Assembly: GCF_036588685.1 (NCBI RefSeq)
Contig: NC_086373.1
Location: 88,288,001-88,352,000, forward strand
Direction of reading: 5' to 3'
Length of the DNA: 64,000 nucleotides
Source of the DNA: Mytilus trossulus
Lineage: Eukaryota
The notes below the pieces were generated by a model, which was not told the DNA's origin, searched no databases, and saw nothing but the letters and a program-made list of their open reading frames with translations. This document shows positions 37,295-50,500 of the stretch, in pieces (the stretch's first letter is position 1; each line of letters begins with the position of its first letter). Both the position numbers and the translations under genes were made by a program.

Positions 37295-39487
37295 TTTCTA
37301 ACAAAAGTATATTCCACACTCTTCTTAACTTTACATGTTTGTTATTACAAAATATCGATATAAATAAAAGGGAAATAATTGAAATACACTCAAGCTTCAA
37401 TATGATACTGAAAATAACTCAGGTATAACTTGTCAAGGTAGAAAATAAAATTGTTCATCCGTAAACGAAATTTAACTTTAAAATAAATTTTATATTTAGA
37501 CATGCGTGCGAAAAAATGACCTTTCTATAGTTAGTTCGTTCGTAAGTTAGTTTGAACAAAAGACGTTAATCATTATTCAGAAATTTCGTTGCATGATTGA
37601 CATTTTTCAACTTTAAACTATATAACAAGTGTACAATAACTTCCTTGTAAAAGAACATATTTTGTATATTCAAAATCTGTATGACCCCTTTATGAATGTA
37701 CTTCTTTTGTGTTATTGTCTTTCCGTACACTTATTCGCCGATAGCCTGGCCTGAACTTTGGCCACCGCACAGCGCAAGAGTGAACGGAAAACAGTGATGA
37801 AGAATGAAATCAAATGTGCACTTGGAGGTATAAAGTAATAACGAATTCTTAAAGAAATTTTCATACAGAAAATAAGGTTAAATTGACAAATAAGAACGCA
37901 CAGAAAAAATGTCATGGCTCTATCTATTTACGATTTTCTCGTGCTCTGTGTAAGTGTTGATATAATATTCAGTATGTCGTCAAAAAAAAACGCATGGGTA
38001 TAAGGACAGTTATTGAGAACAATGTCTGTTTAAAAGATTGCCGATTTTCTTATACTAGCCGAGCTAGACAGTTGATTTTGAACGTTACAAAACTAAGAAC
38101 TGTATGTGTCTGCCTCCATTCGTCAATCCTTGGTAGAATCCGATACTCTCCGTCTATCCGTTAGATGATGGTACGGAATCGGATGAGTTGTGACGAATAT
38201 GCCTAGTTTATGTCAGAAGGCTGTTATTCAGTGGTTTTCGTTTGTTGCTGTCAATTTTGTTTTTCGTTAATTGTCTAATCTCACATTAGGTCGTTAGTTT
38301 TCTAGTTTGAGTTGTTTTTCATTTTATCGGCTCCCTTTATAACTTATTATTCCGTATGAGTGTTACAAGTAGTGATTGATGACCTATTATAGTAGCATTT
38401 GTTAATATCCACGTCCTCTGATCTCTAGTAGATAGTTGTTTCATTGGCAGTCATGCAATTTCTCCCTATTTTTATATTACAGACAAGGTTCGAGTTTGGT
38501 ATTGAAGAATATCAGCCATAAGTCCATGACGGAGCAGTACTTGTAAATACGTTTTGTCTCCCTGCGACAAAAGTAGTGGAAAGCGAGACAAAGGGATTGC
38601 TTCTCCGGCGACGACTCCGGCGTAACAAATGTTAAGTTTTCCTAGGCAAGTCAATTTGATAAGAACTTCTTGTAATATATCAATGACATTTTGTATAAAG
38701 TTACATTGCTATCCGAACATATCAGTTTGAAGACTAATTAAAGCCCTGTTCCTATATCAGGGACCAGTGACTTTGAATTAATCAGCAATTTTCAACGTTT
38801 AAGTTTTCTGTTTTAGTTATACATGGATAGGAACTACTCAGAATAAGTAGGTACATTTTCTGTAATAATAAATGTTACATTACCATTTAAACGTCGAGTC
38901 GATCAAGCCCGGGTCAGGGTACAGTGACCGAATTAATAAGCAATGTTGTTGTCCATCATATTGTCTTTTTCTGAATTCTATGCCGATAGTCGAGACATAA
39001 TATGCTTGTAGATTATTTTATACATAAATCTGTTATAACACATACAGATCGATTTGAACACTTTGTTCAGGTCAACTACTTTTTTGTCAAGGTAGGTGGG
39101 TGTTCGTGTCGAACCGACATAAGCTCAAAGTGCTGTGAAAGAGCACAAACAATATTTTACCATATTTTCATCTTCCATCAGTTAATGTAACGTCTTACCA
39201 TCAGATACAATCAATACAGGATAAACTTTTCAGAGGTTGTTTCTTGTTTAAATGAGCGGTCAATAGTTTTGTTAACTGTTAATACAAGTCAGTGCAACTT
39301 AGTGTAAGATTTCTGGTTTCTGAAAATCACGCTAAATATGTTGTCATGTAATTTTGTATAATACACAAATTAGGTAGAACATTTCTAGATAACGTCGCTC
39401 CCAACAGGAAAATTGCATTATTTTTTATACACAAATGAGGTAGAACATTTCTAGATGATGTTGCACACAACAGGAAAACAAGAAGTA

Positions 39488-42400
39488 ATTGTAACAGGAT
39501 GCTGTTACGAAGTCTCCCAAACAAAGCTCCCATAACTCCCCATTCATATGGTCCCATGTTCATTTGATTTGATTTTTTGTCCCATACAAGAATATATATG
39601 GCTTACGAGTAGGGATCTCCACCATTTACAAGTTTTCAAACAGTAGAGGGGGGGGTGACCCACAGGGACTTGACCTACATTTCATTTCATTTGTTTTATT
39701 GTCCCCTACGAGAATATATATGGTTTAGGGGTGGAGATGGTGACCGTTTACAAGTTTTCAAACACGAGGGAGTGGGGTGACCCCCAGTGGACTTCCCTTT
39801 TATTTCATTTCATTTGTTTTATTGTACCCTACAAGAGTAAATATGGTTTAGGGGTGGGAATGTTGACCATATACAAGTTTTCAAACAAGAGGGGGTGGGT
39901 TGACCCCATAGGGACTTCCCTTTTATTTTATTTCATTTGTTTTATTGTCCCCTACAATAATATCTATGGTTTGGGGGTGGGGATCTGGACCGTTTACAAG
40001 ATAATAGCACATTCTCAATTGAACGGGATGGGGATGACCCCCGGGGACCTCCCTTTAATTTGATTTGATTTGTTTTATCGTCCCATTCAAAAAGGTTTAG
40101 GGGTGGGGATCTGGACCGTTTACAATATAATAGTACATTCTCAAATCGAACGGGGTGGGGATGACCCACAGGGACTTCCCTTTTATTTCATGTCATTTAG
40201 TTTATTGTCCCCTACAATAATATTTATGGTTTGGGGTGGGGATCTGGACCGTTTACAAGATAATAGCACATTCTCAAATTGAACGGGGTGGGGATGACCC
40301 CCGGGGACCTCCGTTTAATTTGATTTTATTTGTTTTGTCTTCCCATTCAAGAATATATATGGTTTAGGGGTGGGGATCTGGACCATTTAAAAGATAAAAG
40401 CATATTCTCAAATTGAAGGGGGTGGGGATGACCCCCAAGGACTCCCCCTATATTTTATGTGATTTGTTTTTCTGTCCTACAATCATTTATGAAGACTGCT
40501 TGTATCTATTACTTACAGTTTTCAAGTTATATTCATTTGAAAAATTTTGGAAAACAAAATCCCATAGGGTTCTATAGTTAACCCCTCCCTCCTTTCTATC
40601 CCCCAAAATACCCCTGAAATGACCCCAATGCACAAACGAAAGGTTGATGGCTCACCTAGACATATTAGTCTACCATTTTATGAAATCCTAAGTCAATCTG
40701 ACAAGCGGTTTTGGAGAAACGCTGCAGACAAGTTCATGTTTTAAAGTGGCGGAAGAGGAAGAAGAAGAACTAGATTTGCGATTGCAAGCAATAGCGGATG
40801 GCACCCTTCCTCTATTGCCAGGTGAGCGGTAGCCATGGTAACGGCGGCCATTTTGGAAATTCCAAACTCAAAAGTCAAGTCTACATTAGCTGAGCAACAT
40901 TTGTTATAAGTTTCAATAAATTTGAAGCATTTTGAAGTTTTTTGTATTTTTGCTGTTTTCATGGTAACGGCGGCCATTTTGAATATTCCAAAGTCTAACC
41001 CCCGCTGCAATTTTTTCCCTCCACAATCATATACCATTTAATGTCTCTAGAATAAATTAAACATTGATGTTCTAGAATGTTCTGTGAAAATTCAAAGTTT
41101 TGACCTTTTTGCATTGTTTCCATGGTAACAACAGCGATTTTGGAAATTCCAACGCCAAATTCCACATCGTCCAATGTTGCTCATCGTTACTGTGAAGTTT
41201 CATTAAGTTTGGAACATTTTGAGAATTTTGAAATTTTTGGTGTAGTTTCCATGGCAACATAGTAGTTCCAATGATCACCAAAATCATCCAACACCTGTAT
41301 ATAGTGGGCACCTACATTGTATCAAAATATAATGATTCTAAGATAAAGCATATTGCTTCGTGCACAACTTGATCTGGGGGTCCTCACTATAGTAGAGATC
41401 CATCAATATTGGTCCATTGGATTTCGAGAAATCGCCTGGACAAAAATGTGTGGAAGAAAAATAAGAAAAAAAAGAAACGTAGAATAACAATATGTCACCC
41501 CAACTCCGTTGAGGGTGCCATAATAATAACTAGAATTGCCATTGCAAGCAATAGCGGATGTCACCCTTCCCCTATTGCCACTAAGCATCAGCCATTTGAA
41601 AACAATTTAACATTGCAATATATCTTTCTGTAAATTTTCAGCACATTTTGAGCATTGTCAAAAGTTTCACATTTCTTCTGTTTCCATGGCAACGACAGCC
41701 ATTTTGAAAATTCCCAAGTCAAAAGTCATTTCTTCTGTTTCCATGGCAACGACAGCCATTTTGAAAATTCCCAAGTCTAAAGTCTGATCTATACATGCCA
41801 GTTAACAATAATATTAAGTTTCATTAAGTTTTGAGCATTTTGAAAATATTTGACATTTCTGCAGTTTCCATGGTAACATTGGCCATTTTGGAAATTCCAA
41901 CTTCAAAAGTCTCATGCAGACTTGACAGTCAAGAAATATATAAAGTTTCATCTATTTTGGAGCATTTTGAAATTTTTGAAATTTTTTACATTTTGGCTGG
42001 TTTCTATGGTAACAGATACCATTCTAAATTTCTAATGGCAGATACCACATTGGTTCTTGGGAGGGAACATACCATCAAAGTTTCAATGGATTTGACCTAC
42101 CATTTTAAGAAAGTAAATGCCACTTTAAGTTTTTTGAAGCATTTTGACCATTTTTGACTTGTTTCCATGGTAACGGCAGACATTTTTGAAATTCCAACGC
42201 AAAGTTTCACATCTTCCAATGTTGCTCATCGTTACTGTGGAGTTTTTTAAAATTTGGAGCATTTTGATATTTTGGAAATTTTTTGTGTAGTTTCCATGGC
42301 AACATGATAGTTCCAATGATTGCCAAAATCATCCAAAACCAGTTTATGCCCGGCACCTACATTGTATCAAAATATAATGATTCTAAGTTGAAGAAACTCC

Positions 42401-42703
42401 AAATAATTCATTAAAACCAAAAAACTTGAATTTTTCACAATTGTTCCGTTTCCATGGTAACGGAATCCATTTTTATGGTCTTAAGACCTACAGCAACCCG
42501 AAATTTTGTGTTCCTCATTACAGTTAACTATCATTAAGATTGGTTCCATTGTCTCCGAGAAAACTGCCGGACAAAATAGGTGGCAGAATAATAATAGAAG
42601 AAAAGCAATATGTCACCCGACATTGTCGATCGGGTTACATAATAAAAATAATAAGAACTGAGCAAAAACAATAAGTCTCCAAACTTTGTTTGGGAGACTT
42701 AAT
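39488..42703 (-). mobile_element. Composite HINE: outer element with ~120-bp tandem units hosting two nested copies of a second HINE family
   Basis: 17-bp subterminal IRs AAGTCTCCCAAACAAAG (39510-39526) / CTTTGTTTGGGAGACTT (42684-42700); 3' hairpin GTAACAG-GATG-CTGTTAC; nested copies about 40768-41527 and 41528-42642, each bounded by AACTAGA..ATTGCAAGCAATAGCGGATG.CACCC and ATGTCACCC..GGGT..CAT. Confidence 0.8.
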
Positions 42704-42878
42704 TAAACAGTTTTTTCTACACAAATGAGGCTAAAACTCGTGCAGATGATGTAGCACACAACAGGAAAATTAAACAATTTCCTATACATGAATGAGGTTA
42801 AATCACACAACTTGAAATTTAGATTGTTTTCTATTTATTTTTATGTATTTATTTGGCTTTTTAACTATTTTGATCTGA

Positions 42879-42922
42879 GCGTCACTGATGAGTCTTATGT
42901 AGACGAAACGCGCGTCTGGCGT
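42879..42922 (+). ncRNA. Minimal type-I hammerhead ribozyme (copy 1)
   Basis: GCGUCA-CUGAUGA-GUCU(UAUGU)AGAC-GAAA-C(GCGC)G-UC^UGGCGU: full catalytic core, stems I and II, palindromic stem-loop III; predicted cut after C42916. Confidence 0.9.
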
Positions 42923-43233
42923 ATAAAATTAAAATCCTGGTACTTTTGATAACTATTTACACCACTGGGTCGATGCCACTGCTGGTGGACGTTTCGTCCC
43001 CGAGGGTATCACCAGCCCAGTAGTCAGCACTTCGGTGTTGACATGAATATCAATTATATGGTCATTTTTATAAATTTTCTGTTCACAAAACCTTGAATTT
43101 TTCGAAAAACTAAGGATTTTTTTACCCCAGGAGTAGATAACCTTAGCCGTATTTGGCACAACTTTTTGTAATTTTGGTTCCTCAATGCTCTTCAACTTTG
43201 TATTTATTTGGCTTTTTAACTATTTTGATCTGA

Positions 43234-43277
43234 GCGTCACTGATGAGTCTTATGTAGACGAAACGCGCGTCTGGCGT
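43234..43277 (+). ncRNA. Minimal type-I hammerhead ribozyme (copy 2)
   Basis: Identical to copy 1; predicted cut after C43271. Confidence 0.9.
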
Positions 43278-43384
43278 ATAAAATTAAAATCCTGGTACTT
43301 TTGATAACTATTCTTCATACAAATGAGGTAGATCATTTCTAGATGTTGAAGTCCACAACAGGAAAATAACAATGAACGAGGTTG

Positions 43385-43750
43385 TTAAATTTGATATATA
43401 CCTTTTTGTGCTTCTTTGTTTCATATTTGTTTGTTTTAACAGTATAACACCATTTTAACTGTTGTTCCTCTATATTTTACGTTTTTATCCATCATGTCAG
43501 TCTGTTTTGTTCGCACAACATTGCCAATATAATGGAATTTGATGCGATTATTGTACAAGAGAGAGGTTTATCCAGCTATAAAACCAGGTTCAATCCACCA
43601 TTTTCTGTAAGAAAAAAGTGCCAGTACCAAGTCAGAAATGCGACAGTTGTTATCCATTCGTTTGCTGTAAAAGCTTTTGATTTAACACTTTGATAAGGGA
43701 CTTTCCGTTTTGAATTTTCCTTGTAGTTCAGTATTTTTGTGATTTTTTTT
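43385..43750 (+). mobile_element. Dispersed repeat of the AAGTCAGGAATATGACAGTTG family
   Basis: Homologous to 1275-1460, 24950-25330, 25635-25785, 48905-49020, 50210-50510, 63050-63175. Confidence 0.7.
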
Positions 43751-44722
43751 TTTTTCTATACACAAATGGGGTTGAACTTAAATGAATGATGTCGCACACA
43801 ACAGAAAAGTTATATTGTTTCTATACAAGAAAATATCTTAAAGATGTCGCAGATACCGGTAAATTTTATTGTTTTCTATAATACACAAATGAGGTTAAAA
43901 GTCCTGTGATGATGTGGCACACAATATAATAATATTGTTTTCTTTACAAAAATGAGTAACAAACATATATCATGATGTCGCACACACCAGGATAATTATA
44001 TTGTTATTGTCTTTTATTAACACAAATGAGGTTAGAACTCATGTAGGTGACGTTGGATAAAACTGGAAAGTAATATTATTATTTTTCTATACACACATGA
44101 GGTTAGAACTCATGTAGATGATGTAGCACATAACAGGAGAAAACTAGAGTTTCTATACACAAATGAGTTTAGAATATCCCAATGGTGTCGCACTCAACAG
44201 TAAAATATTGTTTTCGATACACAAATAAAGATAAAACATATCTTGATGATGTTGCACACAACAATAAAATTATATTTTATTCGATACACTAATGGGGTCA
44301 TCCAACTACAAAGGTTTGATTAAATAAAACGTGTAGGTGTTTGTGTTCTCCCGGCTTACATTTTACATAATGCTATTTATAATTTGAGGTAATAATGACA
44401 TGCAGTACCAAGCATTAGTTTGTTTTGAATAATCAAAATGACTAAAAATGTTGCAAATGATATGTAATCAAAATCTTATATATATCATCATATTTTGTAA
44501 AGAGAGGCGAAAGATACCAAAGAGACAACGTCATAAGTCGAAAAAAACCAGACAACAACATTGCTAAAATAGAAATAGGCAAACAACAATTCAACAAAAA
44601 CAACATAGAAAGCTAAAATCTGAGCTGCATGTACTCCACCCAAAACTGGGGTTGATTTCAGGTGCTCAGACAGGGTACGTAGATCCTGATCTATATGTGA
44701 AGTTATGATTTTAAAAGCTTGA

Positions 44723-46909
44723 GATTGATCTGGATGTCTAACGAATATAAGATTGATCTGGATTTCTAACGAATATAAGATTGATCTGGATTTCTGACGA
44801 ATATAAGATTGATCTGGATATCTAACGAATATAAGATTGATCTGGATTTCTAACGAATATAAGATTGATCTGGATGTCTAACGAATATAAGATTGAACTG
44901 GATGTCTAACGAATAAAAGATTGATCTGGATGTCTAACGAATATAAGATTGATCTGGATGTCTAACGAATATAAGATTGATCTGGATGTCTAACGAATAT
45001 AAGACTGATCTGGATGTCTAACGAATTTAAGATTGATCTGGATGTCTAACGAATATAAGATTGATCTGGATGTCTAACGAATATGAGATTGATCTGGATT
45101 TCTAACGAATATAAGATTGATCTGGATTTCTAACGAATATAAGATTGATCTGGATTTCTAACGAATATAAGATTAATCTGGATGTCTAACGAATATAAGA
45201 TTGATCTGGTTGTCTAACGAATATAAGATTGATCTGGATGTCTAACGAATATACGATTGATCTGGATGTCTAACGAATATAAGATTGATCTGGATGTCTA
45301 ACGAATATAAGACTGATCTGAATGTCTAACGAATATAAGATTGATCTGGATGTCTTACGAATATAAGATTGATCTGGATTTGAAACGAATATAAGATTGA
45401 TCTGGATTTCTAACGAATATAAGATTGATCTGGATTTCTAACGAATATTAGATTGATCTGGATTTCTAACGAATATAAGATTGATCTGGATTTCTAACGA
45501 ATAAAAGATTGATCTGGATTTCTAACGAATATAAGATTGATCTGGATGTCTAACGAATATAAGATTGATCTGGATGTCTAACGAATATAAGATTGATCTG
45601 GATGTCTAACGAATATAAGATTGATCTGGATGTCTAACGAATATAAAGATTGATCTGAATGTCTAACGAATATAAGATTAATCTGGATGTCTAACGAATA
45701 TAAGATTGATCTGGATGTCTAACGAATATAAGATTGATCTGGATGTCTAACGAATATAAGATTGATATGGATGTCTAACGAATATAAGATTGATCTGGAT
45801 GTCTAACGAATATAAGACTGATCTGGATGTCTAACGAATATAAGATTGATCTGGATGTCTTACGTATATAAGATTGATCTGGATTTCTAACGAATATAAG
45901 ATTGATCTGGATTTCTAACGAATATAAGATTGATCTGGATTTCTAACGAATATAAGATTGATCTGGATTTCTAACGAATATAAGATTGATCTGGATTTCT
46001 AACGAAAATAAGATTGATCTGGATGTCCAACGAATATAAGATTGATCTGGATGTCTAACGAATATAAGATTGATCTGGATGTCTAACGAATATAAGATTG
46101 ATCTGGATGTCTAACGAATATAAGATTGATCTGGATGTCTAACGAATATAAGATTGATCTGGATTTCTAACGAATATAAGATTGATCTGGATTTCTAACG
46201 AATATAAGATTGATCTGGATGTCTAACGAATATAAGATTGATCTGGATGTCTTACGAATATAAGATTGATCTGGATTTCTAACGAATATAAGATTGATCT
46301 GGATTTCTAACGAATATAAGATTGATCTGGATTTCTAACGAATATAAGATTGATCTGGATTTCTAACGAATATAAGATTGATCTGGATTTCTAACGAATA
46401 TAAGATTGATCTGGATGTCCAACGAATATGAGACTGATCTGGATGTCTAACGAATATAAGATTGATCTGGATGTCTAACGAATATAAGATTGATCTGGAT
46501 GTCTAACGAATATAAGATTGATATGGATGTCTAACGAATATAAGATTGATCTGGATGTCTAACGAATATAAGATTGATCTGGATGTCTAACGAATATAAG
46601 ATTGATCTGGATGTCTTACGAATATAAGATTGATCTGGATTTCTAACGAATATAAGATTGATCTGGATTTCTAACGAATATAAGATTGATCTGGATTTCT
46701 AACGAATATAAGATTGATCTGAATTTCTAACGAATATAAGATTGATCTGGATGTCCAACGAATATAAGATTGATCTGGATGTCTAACGAATATCAGATTG
46801 ATCTGGATGTCTAACGAATATAAGATTGATCTGGATGTCTAACGAATATAAGATTGATCTGGATTTCTAACGAATATAAGATTGATCTGGATGTCTAACG
46901 AATATAAGA
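44723..46909 (+). repeat. 28-bp tandem satellite, about 78 copies
   Basis: Unit GATTGATCTGGAT(G/T)TCTAACGAATATAA head-to-tail with no spacers. Confidence 0.97.
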
Positions 46910-47581
46910 AAATCAATCGAAAAGATTGTTACCATAATGCGAGGTTGATGAAGATAATTCGATATATAGAAGTTACTTTTATGATGAGGTATCCTGATTT
47001 TGCATATATTAAAACTACACACGATGCTCTTTCTTTTCTATGCCCTTGAATTATAAAAGACAAACTATTGGTATTCCTTCCAAACTTTTTTTAATTCCAG
47101 GTAAATCAAAAACATATGTAATCAATATCAATACAAAAATAGATTGCTACAAGACTTTACTTGAGGATACCTTGTTTTCATAAAATTTCATTTATGGAAT
47201 GCAAAACAAATCTAAAAAAATAGTTTCATCTTAATATATACAAATCAATATACACGTGTATTTTCACTAAGTTCTAAAAAATAATTGATAAAATCAAATT
47301 GATCTGAATTGGTAGTGTGTGTATACTTTGTGTCTTATGAACAGAGAGCTTTATACATGAGTATCGTTTACAGTTATATACACAAAACTAGACTAAGTGT
47401 TTGTAACTGGTTTTTTTTCAAGTAAAGTACCTAATTAAACATTGGTAATCCTAATCTTTGTTTAGGTGTGCATATAAAAAGTTCAGGTAAAGAGGAAAAG
47501 ATAAACATAAATAAATAAGGGTCTTTCTTATTTACCCCTGAGTATTTGATTTAATGAAATTTGAAATACTGCTCGACTTTA

Positions 47582-50500
47582 TTATGAATTGAGGAGATTT
47601 GAAATTTTAAATGTCCATGCCCATTTACAAGGCATCTGATTGTATGGTATTGAGGGAATGTTTATTAGCATGCCTCTAGAAGGTCCTTTAGCCCATGTGA
47701 AAGACATGTCTGAACCTAGCATTTGAACAGTCGTGTCCTTAGAAGGTACAGGAGCTCCGAGTAGTAAGGTATCTTTTTCTGGCCACTGTAACACTATTGC
47801 ATAAACTGTCTTTACTGAGTCTATAATACGTTCTGTGTACCTGTAAAACATTATCTGGTTTTAGTTAAGCTGTAACTGTTATGTCAGTTTCTATTTTCTG
47901 ACAATTTTCAAATGGTAATCAGATGTAAGTTGTCAATTGATTTCTTTAATCTGTTTTAATATAAAATCCCCCCCCCCCTCTTATTTGGTTGTGTCTGCGA
48001 CTAACAACAAAAGTAGGCGAGACACTGGGTTCGGCGGAACCCTTACGAGTTTTATTGAAATTGCAATAAAAAAATGTTTATCATTTTTAAACTGTATTTT
48101 TTTTTAATTGCAATCAGAGAAATGTTTTGTTATGAAGTCAACTTTTATAATATACAGTACATAACTCTTCTATTAATTGTTATCCTTTCGTTGATACAGT
48201 TTACTGCTAAATGCATTGGTCATGAAACACGAAAAGAGATAGTAGTTTTGCAGTTTTGATATCTTTAAAATAGTGAAATTGGACTCACCATACTTTTGGG
48301 GTTAAAGTGTCATTTTGAAATTTCCATGGTACAGTAGAATATATTGCTTCGCCATTTACTTTTAGCCATTCTCCCATTTGACTGAGTCTCTCTTGAAAGA
48401 TCGGCTTTATTACGCCATCATGAGAGGGTCCAACATTCACAAGAATGTTTCCTCCACAACTAAAACAATATCATTATATGTTTAATCCTCAAACAGTATA
48501 CTTGAAACGTGAGTACTCAATGTTCATCAATCAAAAACAGCGAAAGCAATACATTTGTTTATTAACTTGGTTTCAGTAACAGTTTTGTAAATTGCCAATA
48601 ATATGATTCCGCAATCTGTATATGATTTTTTTCTTCTTATTCATCGAATAAATTTAAGTCATTAAAATACTCTTTGTTTTTTTCTTATAACATTATTTTC
48701 AAGAACAACACATTTTGAAAACGATGAAATTTTGAAAGAAGAATTATTATAGCATGCTTCAATTAGTGATAAATTTTCAGATCTATTGCTCTGTAACTTC
48801 CTGTTACCCGAATATTCATAATCAGGGTATCAATAGCTTGATAATGAAAATAGTAGAATCATATTACAATATCATACCAGCTATCACTAGAATTTTGTAA
48901 CATCGATAAGTCAGGAATATGACAGGTTTTTTTTACATTTGTTTGATGTGGTTGAGCTTTTGAAATTGTCATTTGATAAAAAGACTTTCATTTTGAATTT
49001 TCCTTAAGAGTTCGGTATTTTTCTACACAGAAACTCTTTGGATTGGATAGATTATTACATCATAACACGTATTACCTGACAGTTTCTACAATAGTATCAA
49101 TCAGTTGTTCAATAGATAGATAGTCACTTAGGTTAGCATTTCTTCTGTATCCCCAGGACTGGGAATCTATTGTCATTGCATTTTCCCATTTTCGGCTTTG
49201 TAATTTACCTGAAATCATTAAATTCTGGATTAAGTCATCTATGCATCTGATGTAAAGGTTTGTGAATAAACAATTTTGCAACATAATAAAACTTTTGAAA
49301 TTCTCTTTCATGATTGCTAAAAAAAGACCAGCAAAACAAATATTCAGTTACTCTTGATTTGGCAAAAGTTTTAGGAATTTTGGTCCTCAATGCTCTTCAA
49401 CTTCGTACTTTGTTTGGCCTTTTAAACTTTTTTGGATTCGAGCGACACTGATGAGTCTTTTGTAGACGAAACGCGCGTCTGTATACAAAATTTAGTCCTG
49501 GTATCTATGATGAGTTTATGGATACCGAAAAACCTTTTTAAATGAAAGTAAATGCTATTGACTGTAATTACCTGGATTGTATCTGTCACTACATGTAAAG
49601 TATCCCCCATGTTTACACATAACACCACTGCCCCATCTGTCATTAGTGACAATACTGTCTTTCACAGGACTTTAAAATAGTAGAAAGAAAACATTAAGTC
49701 ATTTATATAGTATAGTGTACATGTAAAAGGCATGTTATGTTATAGTCAGATGGAACTTTTGACACTGCCCGAGTGAAATATATTTGAACTCTGTAAAATT
49801 ATGATGGTAATCTTGCTCTAAGTGGTATATTCTTATTATACTCTCTGTATGCACTCCAATTATCAGTTTATATACACACCTGTCGTTGTAGAGCCATGCT
49901 ATAAACTCTGTGGAATTCCAGTAAGTGTCTAAAGCTTCCCAGTCACCGTCAGACCATATAACATCTGGTTTGTAAGTATTTACAAGCTCGTATAATTCTG
50001 GCAGGGTTTTACTCTATAAGAACCAATAGTACAGTGTAATCTTATGCACATCAATCTTCTTTTCGATACATCAACATTACATTCTGATCAAAAGTACTGT
50101 TAAAAAAAGAGGGACTGATGAAGTCCTCAAATTCTGTACTTCTTTTGTCGGTACCTGATCGATTAACACCTCACCAAAATATGAATGTACAATATCAATT
50201 ACGGCTATGACTACAATATGACTGTTGCACCCCTATTTTTGACATCTTTACCTATTATTATGTCTGCGTGTTTTGTTCACACATCGTGTAAGTGTAATGG
50301 AATTTAATACAACCGTCATACAAGTGAGAGGTTTAGCTTGCTATAAAACCAGCAATTATATACAGAGGAAAATGCTTGAACAATTTCAGGAATATGACAG
50401 TTGTTATCCATTCGTTTGAGGTGTTTGACATTTTGACTGTGCCATTTGTTTAGGGAATTTTCGATTTGAATTTTCCTCGGAGTTAAGTTTTTTTGTGATT

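Larger units (their letters stand above)
42844..43312 (+). mobile_element. Non-LTR retrozyme: 355-bp monomer bounded by identical 114-bp direct repeats, each containing a hammerhead ribozyme
   Basis: 42844-42957 is identical to 43199-43312; no meaningful coding capacity; homologous fragments dispersed through the window. Confidence 0.88.
39355..44300 (+). repeat. Old, degenerate ~62-67-bp tandem array split by three insertions
   Basis: Consensus TATACACAAATGAGGTAGAAC..GATGATGTCGCACACAACAGGAAAA at 39355-39485, 42705-42835, 43313-43370 and 43755-44300. Confidence 0.7.

Noticed and set aside
39731-42316. Cluster of 60-110 aa ORFs on both strands
   Set aside because: All lie in tandem units of nested HINEs; repetitive translations with no domain.
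42953-43195. 80-aa minus-strand ORF
   Set aside because: Antisense to the retrozyme body, non-ATG start, not preserved in other copies.
44723-46909. CRISPR-like array of 28-bp repeats
   Set aside because: Units are directly adjacent with no unique spacers, no cas genes, eukaryotic context.
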